Shown: in pieces, positions 38,989 to 49,188 of the stretch
How positions within the stretch are numbered: position 1 is the stretch's first letter
How the letters are laid out: each line of letters begins with the position of its first letter
IMG/VR virus record: IMGVR_UViG_3300032315_000675
Span: 13,404 to 77,403 of that record
DNA: 64,000 nucleotides
Source of the DNA: a virus
Strand: one strand, 5' to 3'
Notes under the pieces: generated by a model
What the model was told of the DNA's origin: nothing
Database searches by the model: none
What the model saw: the letters and a program-made list of their open reading frames with translations, nothing else
Position numbers and translations under genes: made by a program

Positions 38989-40137
38989 ATGAGAGCTAGA
39001 GAATTTATCACCGAAAATCGTAATAGGTATTTAGAAATCGAGTTTGTCTGCGTAAACAAGAACGTTTCGGGTTCTACCTCCCCCAAAGACCAAGACGCCT
39101 TGTTTCAGGCTTTAAAGCAGGTCCCGAATATCATTGTGTACCGTCAGGACTTTGACGAGTCTGAAGAACACACCTCAGGCGGCAAGAGTATGGCTGTCAT
39201 TGTCGTTAAGGGCGGCAATACAACCGCTACTAAAGTTCGGGCACTAGCAGCACAGCATGGTGTAATGATTGATCTAACTACATACCGAGATGATAGATTT
39301 ATTGATCGGTTGTATAATGACCGTGTGCCTGCAGTGACTAGCTGGTATGATAATAGCAGTCCTGCTGTAACCGAAAACATTGAAATCCCTATCGGGCGGG
39401 GTCGTGCTAATACTTCTGTACCAGACATTTTATATCATAGTTTGCGTGGAAGGGCACTTAACATGTCAGGTGGAATTGACGCATATGTACCGGGAAATCC
39501 GCAGGAATGGCGTGAACTCGGCTCTAGGTTTAAGCAACCGATACAAGGACTCGTGTATCTTAGTAACAAACCATTGGATCAGAGTGCTTTGGCGATTGAT
39601 GTACACAAACTTAATCCAAACCTACTTAGATATACCGGTCAGTCCGAAGGTTATCTAATATACGGTGACAATATTCCTGCAGATGCTATCATTGATGTTT
39701 CCAGACAAGAAATTGATGAGAACGACGAACCTGTAACAATCAAAATTGGCGGAACTGATCCCAAAGTTAAAGCATGGATTCAAAAAGTATATGACATGTT
39801 CCCGCAGCAATTTGGAAACAAGCATGTCATGCCTCTAGGCGGAGAAGGGGACGATCAGGAGTTTGCATTGTTTGAGCTTGTTACTAGTTTCAGCAAGCGA
39901 GGCGCAGTAGAAGTTAAATGGATTGAAGCCTATCCGCTCAGACAGGGGGTAGGTAGTAAAGCCATGAAGATACTGCAAGACTTAGCAAAACAAGACGGTA
40001 TTGCTCTTACTGTCTACCCTTGGGATAAAGGACAGGTATCCCAATCAAAGCTCATGAAGTTTTATAAGAAACAAGGCTTCGTGCCAAGAAGCACAGGCTC
40101 TAAAAACATGATATGGGAACCCTCACCCGATAAGTGA
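38989..40137 (+). CDS. three-domain protein: unknown domain + ART-like domain + GNAT acetyltransferase
   Basis: MRAREFITE; LYHS...VYLS...IPADAI; RQGVGSKAM...LMKFYKKQGF. Confidence 0.65.
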   Translation: MRAREFITENRNRYLEIEFVCVNKNVSGSTSPKDQDALFQALKQVPNIIVYRQDFDESEEHTSGGKSMAVIVVKGGNTTATKVRALAAQHGVMIDLTTYRDDRFIDRLYNDRVPAVTSWYDNSSPAVTENIEIPIGRGRANTSVPDILYHSLRGRALNMSGGIDAYVPGNPQEWRELGSRFKQPIQGLVYLSNKPLDQSALAIDVHKLNPNLLRYTGQSEGYLIYGDNIPADAIIDVSRQEIDENDEPVTIKIGGTDPKVKAWIQKVYDMFPQQFGNKHVMPLGGEGDDQEFALFELVTSFSKRGAVEVKWIEAYPLRQGVGSKAMKILQDLAKQDGIALTVYPWDKGQVSQSKLMKFYKKQGFVPRSTGSKNMIWEPSPDK

Positions 40138-40179
40138 TTTCAGCCCAAATTGATAAATACTATCAATAGGGACTGAGAA

Positions 40180-43100
40180 ATGAGCATAAACGGTCAACAA
40201 ATAATTAACATTGGATTGCCTAATGAATCTGCAGGCAGCGACTCCCTGTACGAGGCGTTCAACAAGACAGAAGACAACTTTACAACCTTATTCACCTGTG
40301 CTAGCCCTTATACTAATTTTGTGGCGCTTACTGGCATCAGTGTGAATTCTAATGCTAACGCAGGTACAGTGTCTATCACTAACACCGGCGTTACTAACAT
40401 CATTGCTGGTACAAACATAACAATCAATCAATCTAACGGAAACGTTACTATTTCGTCAACCGGCGGCGGTAACGGTGGAGGAAGTGGCACTGTTACTAGC
40501 GTAGGACTTGCACCAGTATCAAATAGTAGAATCGTTGTGACTAATTCACCTATCGTTTCTTCAGGGAACATCGGCATTGACCTAGCTACAACAGGTGTTG
40601 TTCCTGGAACATACACTGCCCCTACAGTAACACTTGACGCATATGGCAGAATCACTTCTGCTGCTAATACAACTAGCAGCGGTACTGTAACAAGCGTAGG
40701 AATTATCCCTGGTTCAGGCATCGGAGTTGCAAGCAGCCCGGTTACTACTGTCGGAAACGTGACTGTAACAAATACGGGTGTCGTGAGATTGACTGCTGGA
40801 CTTGGCATCACGCTTTCAGCACCTAACGGAATTGTTCAGGTTTCTTCGGTTTATACAGGAACTGTAACTTCAGTAGGAATCAGTAGCAATACACTGACCG
40901 TATCAAGCAGTCCTATAACTGCATCAGGTAATATTGCAGTTGAGTTGCCCTCATCGATCACGCTTAGTGGAAACATCACTGCTGCAAACGGAAATCTTGG
41001 AAATCTAGCAACAGCAAATTTCTTCTCGGGCGACGGCGGATTGTTGTCAAATCTTGCTGGTGCTGTTGGAACACAAACAACTATAGCTAACGGCACGAGC
41101 AATGTAAGAGTCTTTACTAACGGAAACGTTACTACTAGTGTTGCCGGTAACGCGAACATAGTGATCGTCACTGGAACTGGCGCCAACATTGCCGGCACTG
41201 CTAATATCTCAGGCAATGCAAATGTTGGGAATATCGGTGCTTCATCCGGGGTGTTCACATCAAATGTAACATCCGGCAACGTCTATGCTAACTCAGGCAC
41301 AGTTGGAGCTTCATTGCTAGCAGGTACACTAACAACTGCGGCACAGCCAAACATCACTAGTGTTGGTACATTAGGCTCACTAACTGTAACAGGTAAAGTA
41401 ACTGCTGGTCAATTACAAGGTGACGGTGGCAACATCAGTAACATTCAAGGCGGCAATGTGTCTGGTGCAGTAGCTACTGCAACTACTGCCGCGACTGTCA
41501 CAACTGCCGCGCAACCAAACATCACATCTGTTGGTACGCTGACTTCGTTGACTACTTCAGGAAATACATTCTTGGCGACTTCAAGTGGTAACGTCGGCAT
41601 CAACACTACGAACCCCACCTCCGCCCTGGTAGTTGGTGGCTCTCAGGCAGGAAACGCAGGCCTAGAGGTCGTCCCCGGTTCGGGGGTAGTCCTTCAGGGC
41701 TACAACCGAAGTACATCTGCCTACACTAGTCTGAACTTAGATGGCGCTACGATCGGGTTCCGCCCTAATGGGTCTACTCGTTTAACTGTAGACGCATCCG
41801 GTGCTAACGTAACCGGTACTTTCGGGGTAAGCGGGAACGCTAACGTAGGTAATTTGGGCACTGCGGGTTTGGTTGTTGCAACGGGAAATGTTACTGGAGG
41901 CAATTTAGTTACCGGAGGCGTCGTGGCCGCAACAGGTAACGTAGTTGCCGGAAACCTATATGCTAATTCGGGTACACTTGGAGTCGCTATCCTTAATGTA
42001 TCTGGTATAAGTAATCTCAACGCGGTTGGTAATGTAAGAATTTCGGGCGGCAGCGCGAACCAAATATTAAAAACAGATGGTGCAGGAAACTTAACCTGGG
42101 TTGATCCAAACGGCGGATACTATTTACATACGCAAAACTCATCAAGTAGTACATGGACTGTAACTCACAATCTTAATAGACAATATGTGACAGTTGAAGC
42201 GATTGATGCTAATGGAAATTCATACACCGGTCGTTATGATTATCCAACAATCAACTATACCAATGCGAATGCATTGACAATGACGTTTGCTTCCGCAGTC
42301 CAAGGATACGCTGCTGTTACCGGCGGCGGCACAAACATCAATAGCGTTAGTGTGGGGAACTCCACACCCGGCGGGGTCAACACTCAAGTACAATTCAACG
42401 ATGCGGGTGCATTAGCAGGCAGTTCAGGCCTTGTATATAACAAGACTACAGGAACATTGACCGCTACGCTATATGCCGGATCAGGCGCAAATTTAACCAA
42501 TATCGCAGGTGCTAATGTTACAGGGGCAGTGTCCTTTGCATCAACTGCTAATGCAGTAGCTGGCGCAAATGTCTCAGGCACAGTGTCTAGTGCAACTACT
42601 GCTGCAACTGTAACAACTGCTGCACAACCAAACATCACATCAGTTGGTACATTGGCTAATCTCAACGTCTCCGGCAATGTAAGTTTCACCGGATCCAACG
42701 TCTCTTTGGGTTCCAACGCAAATGTAAGAATCACAGGTGGTTCGTCTGGACAAATATTGTCTACTGATGGTTCCGGAAATCTAAGTTGGGTTCCTACTGG
42801 AACAGCTACAACTGCTGCAACAGTCACAACTAACGCACAGCCAAACATCACATCTGTTGGTACACTGACATCATTGAGTGTGTCGGGCAACATCAGCGGT
42901 GCTAATCTAACAGGTAATCATTTCGGGAACGGGGCATCATTATCAAGTATCACCGGTGCCAATGTTACAGGCACTGTACCTACTGCAAACAACTCTGCAT
43001 TCTTGGGTGGTACCGCAGCCGCAAGTTATCTTTTGACAACTGGTACTGGTAGCTCACTTACTGCAATTGCAGGTGCTAATGTTACAGGCACTGTTGCTAA

Positions 43101-43611
43101 TGCGACAACAGTAACAGGTGCAACTCAAAACAATATCACAACACTGGGAGCCTTGACAGTGTTAAGCTCCGGTGCAAACACGACGGCAGGTACTATCACA
43201 GGTAATTGGTCACTCTCTACTGGTTCGCGATTATCTGCTACCTACGCTGACTTAGCAGAATATTATCAAGCTGACGCAACGTATGAACCAGGAACTGTTC
43301 TCATGTTTGGCGGTGACAATGAAGTTACACTCGCAGAGGAAGCAACGAATAGAGTTGCCGGCGTAGTATCTACAAACCCTGCGTATGCAATGAATTCTGG
43401 TTGCCCTGATATTGCAGTAGCAATCGCACTGCAAGGTAGAGTACCTTGCAAAGTTCAGGGTACTGTTAGAAAAGGTGACATGATGATCAGCGCAGGCAGC
43501 GGCTACGCGGTAGCTTGCAGCGAACCTCGTTTAGGACAAGTCATCGGTAAAGCATTAGAAAACTTTGATCTCAGCGACGGCGTGATTGAAATCGTAGTCG
43601 GCAGATTATAA
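40180..43611 (+). CDS. long tail-fibre-like protein with C-terminal autocleaving chaperone (peptidase G2-like) domain
   Basis: G/N/T/S-rich repeats, four AQPNITSVGTL; YADLAEYY...GVVST.PAY...ALQGRVPCKV. Confidence 0.85.
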   Translation: MSINGQQIINIGLPNESAGSDSLYEAFNKTEDNFTTLFTCASPYTNFVALTGISVNSNANAGTVSITNTGVTNIIAGTNITINQSNGNVTISSTGGGNGGGSGTVTSVGLAPVSNSRIVVTNSPIVSSGNIGIDLATTGVVPGTYTAPTVTLDAYGRITSAANTTSSGTVTSVGIIPGSGIGVASSPVTTVGNVTVTNTGVVRLTAGLGITLSAPNGIVQVSSVYTGTVTSVGISSNTLTVSSSPITASGNIAVELPSSITLSGNITAANGNLGNLATANFFSGDGGLLSNLAGAVGTQTTIANGTSNVRVFTNGNVTTSVAGNANIVIVTGTGANIAGTANISGNANVGNIGASSGVFTSNVTSGNVYANSGTVGASLLAGTLTTAAQPNITSVGTLGSLTVTGKVTAGQLQGDGGNISNIQGGNVSGAVATATTAATVTTAAQPNITSVGTLTSLTTSGNTFLATSSGNVGINTTNPTSALVVGGSQAGNAGLEVVPGSGVVLQGYNRSTSAYTSLNLDGATIGFRPNGSTRLTVDASGANVTGTFGVSGNANVGNLGTAGLVVATGNVTGGNLVTGGVVAATGNVVAGNLYANSGTLGVAILNVSGISNLNAVGNVRISGGSANQILKTDGAGNLTWVDPNGGYYLHTQNSSSSTWTVTHNLNRQYVTVEAIDANGNSYTGRYDYPTINYTNANALTMTFASAVQGYAAVTGGGTNINSVSVGNSTPGGVNTQVQFNDAGALAGSSGLVYNKTTGTLTATLYAGSGANLTNIAGANVTGAVSFASTANAVAGANVSGTVSSATTAATVTTAAQPNITSVGTLANLNVSGNVSFTGSNVSLGSNANVRITGGSSGQILSTDGSGNLSWVPTGTATTAATVTTNAQPNITSVGTLTSLSVSGNISGANLTGNHFGNGASLSSITGANVTGTVPTANNSAFLGGTAAASYLLTTGTGSSLTAIAGANVTGTVANATTVTGATQNNITTLGALTVLSSGANTTAGTITGNWSLSTGSRLSATYADLAEYYQADATYEPGTVLMFGGDNEVTLAEEATNRVAGVVSTNPAYAMNSGCPDIAVAIALQGRVPCKVQGTVRKGDMMISAGSGYAVACSEPRLGQVIGKALENFDLSDGVIEIVVGRL

Positions 43612-43630
43612 ACATTATAGGATTTCAAGA

Positions 43631-46600
43631 ATGATTGATAGCATTAAGATTACGAGTTTAACTAACATAGGTGCAAATCTATCCTACACCTCTATATTCC
43701 CGGTAGTAAACATAACGGGAACTCCGATCACTAACAAAGCTAATCTGCAAATTATAGGTAACTACATTCTTAGCCAAGCCGGCGGCGCAAACATGGTTCA
43801 AGCTGCTCAAGCTACTCTTGCTCAATCGGTAGTCAATGCTGCACAGCCAAACATCACATCAGTTGGCACATTGAGCATCAGCACATTGAAAATCTCAGGT
43901 GGTGTTAGCGGGTATATTCTTAGAACTGATGGTGCAGGAAATCTAACTTGGATTGCTTCAACTGCGACTGTATCAGGTTCAAACACTCAAATCCAATTTA
44001 ACAATGCCGGTAGCTTTGGTAGTTCAGCCAACCTTACCTATAACAATACAACCGGTATCTTTACTGCACCGTTCGTAGCAGGTAATGGCAATGGTTTATC
44101 AAATATTCAAGGTGCTAACGTATCGGGATTTGTTGCTAATGCTAATATTGCTAATACTGCATTTGCAGTAGCAGCCGCAAACGTGTCCGGTTTAGGTAAT
44201 ATTGCAACAATCAATTTAACCGGTAGCAATGCTAATGTGTTATACGGTAATGGCGTATTTGCGGCAATAGCAGGTGGTGCTAATACAGGCAATATAACAT
44301 TTGTTAATACCACTATTTCAGCACCAAATGATGATGATATCGTTGTGCAAGCAATGGACAGTGATGGCATTGTAAGTTCATCTTTAGAGCTGTCGCCCGG
44401 CGATACAACCCGCTTGGAACAATGGAGCAGTCAACAGAGCGACACCTTCACTACAGCCGACTGGACTACGGGTGTTTACATAAATCAAGGCGGACAAGGC
44501 GCAATTCAATTTACTGGTGCTGCCAACATCATTGCCTTTGTTAATTCTCTAGATGGAGTTGGTCATATTTACTACAGTGTAAACGGTGGACCGCAGTTGG
44601 TCTATGACGGTACTAGCGATGGTGGGGGAAACATCACATTTTACACACCCACACTGCCAGCAACTGATCCTACAGTAGTAACTAGTTTTGAATATTTTTA
44701 CAGTTATAATTCAGGTTTTGAAATAGTTTCTGGTGAAGGCACTGAAGTCAATATCTATGGCGGCTATGCTGATATCAATTTACGAACTACAGGTCAACAG
44801 GATATCAATTTAGACTCCTCAGGTGATGTAATATTAACTGCTAACAGTACAGTAAATTGGACATTTGCCTCAACTGGTAACTTAACACTACCAGGCAATA
44901 CATTTGCTGTTAACTACGCTAACGGTACTCAAGTATCAATTGGTGGCGGTGGTGCTAATACAGGTAATGTGACATTTAGCGACCAAATCGTATTAGGCAC
45001 TGGCAGCAATGATGGCAGTGGCGGATTGTATTTGGCTCCTGGAAGTAATAGTATTGCTAATAGTGCATTACAATACCTGAGAGTGCGCGGTGGTGATGTT
45101 GTCACACACATTCACCTTGACACAGGCAACAACGCCTTTTATGACCAATACTTTGGTAATGATGCTAAGTATGTAAAATTAGAAGCAGGTGATGCAGGCA
45201 ATGTCGTAATCGGTACTGATGATGCCAATGGTAATCAGTACAGTTGGTCATTTACTAGTGACGGTAATTTAATCCTAGCAGATGGCAACAGTATAATTAC
45301 GAGCATTGCTAATAGTTCGCTGGATCCAAATAATGCAAATGTCAGCACAATGGTCTTTACACCGGATCAAAATTATACCTCACAAGCATTAGTAATTGAC
45401 CCAACTGGACCAAGTCATATTCACTTACGAGCACCAGGTGCAAATATTGACGAACCAGATGCTAATATATTCTTAGGTGGCGAAGAATCAAGTTTTGAAG
45501 TAGGTTACTATAACGGTGCCGCTCCCAACTTATTCATTCACAGTAATAACAATACTTGGACATTTGATAATGGTGGAACTCTACTATTCCCGCGTGATAC
45601 TGATCCTAATACTGCTGATCCTATCTTAGCTATTGTCGGTGGTGCAAATCCTAGCATTAGTGCAATTGATGCAAGTTTAGCTGGGCCCGCCAATCTTGGT
45701 ATTTCGGCTCTTACTACTATATTCAGTGGCGTCAGCGGTGACGAAATTAAGATTTATCCTGATGATGGCGAAATCAGTTCAACAGCAAATCTTCAGATTT
45801 GGGCTAACTCGGGCGGCAATACTGAATACAGTTGGACGTTTGGTACAGATGGTAGTTTAACATTACCAATTGGTGTATCAATTGATTATAACGAAAACGT
45901 TCAGTATCCTAAGATTATTGCAGACAGTGGCAAGTTATTCAGCGTTCAAGGACAAGGTAATACTGGTTCTGCGGCACTAGCGTGGACTATAGATCCTAAT
46001 GCGGCATCTCAGTATGCGGCTGTCGCTGTTACCAGAGCCGGCGGAGACGATCTTGCCAAGGTGGTATTACAAGCACAATCTAATTCAGGTGATGTTGCAA
46101 CTGCAAAGACTTGGCAATTTAGTGAAACTGGTAACTTGACCTTGCCATTAGGCAGTATTGTTTATGAAACCAACATTCCAGACCAATCACTTAGTGGTAG
46201 TGCTATTGCTTTAAAACCAATAGGTGGAACTACTGCCAATCAACAGTTATTAATATATCCAACAGCGGCTGACGGTGACCATATACATATGACAAGTGGA
46301 AACTTGTATACAACCGAGTTATTCTTAGGTAGTGATAACTTCTATGTCAAGTTAGCAAATACAGGTAATGTTGTTATCAACAGTAACAATGGTAATAGCA
46401 ATACTGCTATGTGGACATTTGACACTGCCGGTAACCTGACGGCGCCCGGGGTAGTAGATGCTACAGGATTTACAGGCGATGGCAGTACATTATCTAATGT
46501 CGCTACCAAAGTAACAAGTAGTTGGACACTCGCGTCCGGTAATAATACAGTGAGCATTTCTGTGCCCGGTAGCGGCACTTATACAATTTGGATTAATGGT

Positions 46601-46867
46601 AATATTCCAAACGGTATCGTAACTTACATTGCTACTGCGGTTGTCACAAATACAAATGTACCAGTACTAGGTGATCAATATGGTTGGTATTACGAAGTTG
46701 GGAATGCGTTAGTGCTTACGTCAATACCTAATCAGTTTGTAGGAACTGCGGGTGCAATCAGCAATGTTAATACTTACTTAGGCAACACAGCTAACGTGTT
46801 TACATTCGGCATCACTAACAATAGCGGTAATGCAGCAGTTGTTAATTATGGTTACACTAAACTATAA
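43631..46867 (+). CDS. second fibre-like structural protein
   Basis: AQPNITSVGTL, TDGAGNLTW, QIQFNNAG; six WxFxxxGxLxxP repeats. Confidence 0.8.
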   Translation: MIDSIKITSLTNIGANLSYTSIFPVVNITGTPITNKANLQIIGNYILSQAGGANMVQAAQATLAQSVVNAAQPNITSVGTLSISTLKISGGVSGYILRTDGAGNLTWIASTATVSGSNTQIQFNNAGSFGSSANLTYNNTTGIFTAPFVAGNGNGLSNIQGANVSGFVANANIANTAFAVAAANVSGLGNIATINLTGSNANVLYGNGVFAAIAGGANTGNITFVNTTISAPNDDDIVVQAMDSDGIVSSSLELSPGDTTRLEQWSSQQSDTFTTADWTTGVYINQGGQGAIQFTGAANIIAFVNSLDGVGHIYYSVNGGPQLVYDGTSDGGGNITFYTPTLPATDPTVVTSFEYFYSYNSGFEIVSGEGTEVNIYGGYADINLRTTGQQDINLDSSGDVILTANSTVNWTFASTGNLTLPGNTFAVNYANGTQVSIGGGGANTGNVTFSDQIVLGTGSNDGSGGLYLAPGSNSIANSALQYLRVRGGDVVTHIHLDTGNNAFYDQYFGNDAKYVKLEAGDAGNVVIGTDDANGNQYSWSFTSDGNLILADGNSIITSIANSSLDPNNANVSTMVFTPDQNYTSQALVIDPTGPSHIHLRAPGANIDEPDANIFLGGEESSFEVGYYNGAAPNLFIHSNNNTWTFDNGGTLLFPRDTDPNTADPILAIVGGANPSISAIDASLAGPANLGISALTTIFSGVSGDEIKIYPDDGEISSTANLQIWANSGGNTEYSWTFGTDGSLTLPIGVSIDYNENVQYPKIIADSGKLFSVQGQGNTGSAALAWTIDPNAASQYAAVAVTRAGGDDLAKVVLQAQSNSGDVATAKTWQFSETGNLTLPLGSIVYETNIPDQSLSGSAIALKPIGGTTANQQLLIYPTAADGDHIHMTSGNLYTTELFLGSDNFYVKLANTGNVVINSNNGNSNTAMWTFDTAGNLTAPGVVDATGFTGDGSTLSNVATKVTSSWTLASGNNTVSISVPGSGTYTIWINGNIPNGIVTYIATAVVTNTNVPVLGDQYGWYYEVGNALVLTSIPNQFVGTAGAISNVNTYLGNTANVFTFGITNNSGNAAVVNYGYTKL

Positions 46868-46897
46868 TTAGACTAAATAAAACAAAGGAAACATAGC

Positions 46898-47227
46898 ATG
46901 GCAGTAACAGTTGGATCAGGAATAGGCATAGGCCCCGGCATTACGCTCACCAGCAGCGTATTGGTCACGACCAGCTCTGGCCAAAACGTTGGCGGCAGCC
47001 CAAACACTCAAGGATTTTTCTTTGCTGTGTTAAACAGAAGCGAACCGGGTTGGGATTACTTTGCAGCCAATGGTAACAACGGAAATTGGACAGCCACTGG
47101 TGATTTTGGTAGCGGTACTGCCACTGTTCCTGTACTCAGCGTTCCACAAGATGCTGATTCAGTTTACCCAATAGTAAGCGGCGGCCAATTCCAGCCTGGA
47201 TTGTTTTATACTTTTAGCGGATATTAA
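46898..47227 (+). CDS. small fibre-associated protein 1
   Basis: N-terminus MAVTVGSGIGIGPGITL. Confidence 0.7.
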   Translation: MAVTVGSGIGIGPGITLTSSVLVTTSSGQNVGGSPNTQGFFFAVLNRSEPGWDYFAANGNNGNWTATGDFGSGTATVPVLSVPQDADSVYPIVSGGQFQPGLFYTFSGY

Positions 47228-47229
47228 AA

Positions 47230-47964
47230 ATGGCAATCAACATCGGCGGCGGAATCAACATTGGAACAGGCATCTCAATAGGTGTTGGTGAGCCGATCAA
47301 CGGCAGTGCCCAGTTCAACGGCAGCAACTACCTATCCGTTGCTGGTGGTGCAGGCACAGCAATGGGAACCGGTGATTTTACCTGGGAATCATGGGTATAC
47401 CCAACCAGCAGTTTGGACTATCAGTGTTTTATAGACACTAGAACACAGCCATTGACAGGTGGTGACGACACTGGCTTCTACTTTGGAACAAACTTCAATA
47501 CATTGGCACCAATATACTATACTACAAACCTACAGTTTGAATCAACGGTCAGCATGACTCTAAACGCTTGGAACCATGTGGCGTTGACCAGAAATAACGG
47601 AACAGTAACCTTATGGGTAAACGGTGCCAGTGGTGGAACACAATCAAACGCTACAGATTTAACACAGCAACGAGTCTTGATAGGCGGTGACGGACTAGGC
47701 ACCGCGTTGAACCTAATAGGTAGTATATCCAATCTACGCATGGTAAAAGGCGTGGCGGTTTATACAGGTGCATTCACTGTGCCCACAGCACCACTTGCGG
47801 CCACGCAGAGCGCAGGCACAAACATCTCGGCTATTACAGGCACACAAACATCTTTGTTGTTGAACACAGTAGTTGGTGCCAACTTCTTGGCAGACAGTAG
47901 CACCAATAACTTCACCGTTACCAATAATGGCAGTGTGACAAGCAACGCATCAAATCCGTTCTAA
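47230..47964 (+). CDS. LamG/ConA-like lectin-fold protein 2
   Basis: MAINIGGGINIGTGISI; DFTWESWVYP, WNHVAL, LWVNG, ISNLRMVKG. Confidence 0.85.
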   Translation: MAINIGGGINIGTGISIGVGEPINGSAQFNGSNYLSVAGGAGTAMGTGDFTWESWVYPTSSLDYQCFIDTRTQPLTGGDDTGFYFGTNFNTLAPIYYTTNLQFESTVSMTLNAWNHVALTRNNGTVTLWVNGASGGTQSNATDLTQQRVLIGGDGLGTALNLIGSISNLRMVKGVAVYTGAFTVPTAPLAATQSAGTNISAITGTQTSLLLNTVVGANFLADSSTNNFTVTNNGSVTSNASNPF

Positions 47965-47993
47965 CAATAAATATTCAGTTAAGGAAATAACAA

Positions 47994-48413
47994 ATGACAA
48001 TAACAATCGCAAGCGGAATACAAGTAGGGCCTGGAATTTCATTAGGTGGAACGGGTGGCGGCGGTACTCCGGGCGTAGACAATGTAATTGGTTACAACGA
48101 AGTGCCTCCTCCGGTCACGGCGCTCGGAACATTAGAAGATCCAACTGCTACTATTAACAGCCCAACTGGATTCACAATCAATGACGATACTAAAACAGGT
48201 ATTGCTATTAGTGGATTGACTGCAAGTAACCAAGCTTGGTTTGCGGCAAACTATCTGACTATGCCAGGCACATATACTTGTACATGGGGGCCTGGTAGCA
48301 CCGCGGCATCAAGTAGTATTACTGTTTTTCAACTCGCAGGAAGTCTTCTTGTGTTCCGTGTTCTAGGGCAATCCGGCCCTACAACATATAACTATCCATT
48401 CACATTCAGCTAA
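47994..48413 (+). CDS. small fibre-associated protein 3
   Basis: MTITIASGIQVGPGISL. Confidence 0.7.
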   Translation: MTITIASGIQVGPGISLGGTGGGGTPGVDNVIGYNEVPPPVTALGTLEDPTATINSPTGFTINDDTKTGIAISGLTASNQAWFAANYLTMPGTYTCTWGPGSTAASSSITVFQLAGSLLVFRVLGQSGPTTYNYPFTFS

Positions 48414-48425
48414 AGGAAATATAAC

Positions 48426-49175
48426 ATGGCAACAACTCTCACATTAGGACCAGGAATACAAATAGGAGCCGGAATAACTCTCGGTTCTTTACCGCCTGCT
48501 CCACCGCCCCCCGCGGCAGAAGGTAGTCTAGTTTTCAACCGCAGCAACTATCTATCTATTCCCAATAATTCAGCATTTGATCAGAACGCCGGTGCTTGGA
48601 CAGTAGAATGTTTTGCATATCCAAATCCAGATAACACCAGCCAAATCGGCACGATCTATAATCAAGGTGAAGTCAGTAGATTTTTGGGACTTTATTATGA
48701 AAATGCTAGGTTTGGGATTATACAGAGCAGCGGTGGCTTCCTGCCTGGTCCTAATTCCTTTCCTAAAAACAACTGGTACCACGTAGCCATGGTATATAAC
48801 GGATCCAATTTGGTAACTTTGTATGTTAACGGAAATAGTGTAGCATCTGCAAATCCCGGCGCTATGGCCGCATCTGGAGCAGATACTTTCATTGGCACCT
48901 GGTCTCTCGGGTACACAGATGGAAAATTCAAAGGTAACCTATCAAACCTCCGTGTAGTTAAGGGCGTTGCAGTTTATACTGGTAATTTCACAGTACCGAC
49001 AGCGCCGTTAACGGTCACTCAAAGCAGTGGTACAAATATTTCAGCAATCACTTCAGGTCAGACTCAACTACTGTTGAACACCGCTGCTCCTGATTACTTC
49101 TTGGATGCTTCAACGAATGCGTTTACTGTCACTAACGTTGGTTCAGTAGCAACAAGCACCGATAACCCATTTTAA
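48426..49175 (+). CDS. LamG/ConA-like lectin-fold protein 4
   Basis: TLTLGPGIQIGAGITL; WTVECFAYP, WYHVAMV, LYVNG, LSNLRVVKG. Confidence 0.85.
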   Translation: MATTLTLGPGIQIGAGITLGSLPPAPPPPAAEGSLVFNRSNYLSIPNNSAFDQNAGAWTVECFAYPNPDNTSQIGTIYNQGEVSRFLGLYYENARFGIIQSSGGFLPGPNSFPKNNWYHVAMVYNGSNLVTLYVNGNSVASANPGAMAASGADTFIGTWSLGYTDGKFKGNLSNLRVVKGVAVYTGNFTVPTAPLTVTQSSGTNISAITSGQTQLLLNTAAPDYFLDASTNAFTVTNVGSVATSTDNPF

Positions 49176-49188
49176 TAAGGAATAGAAC

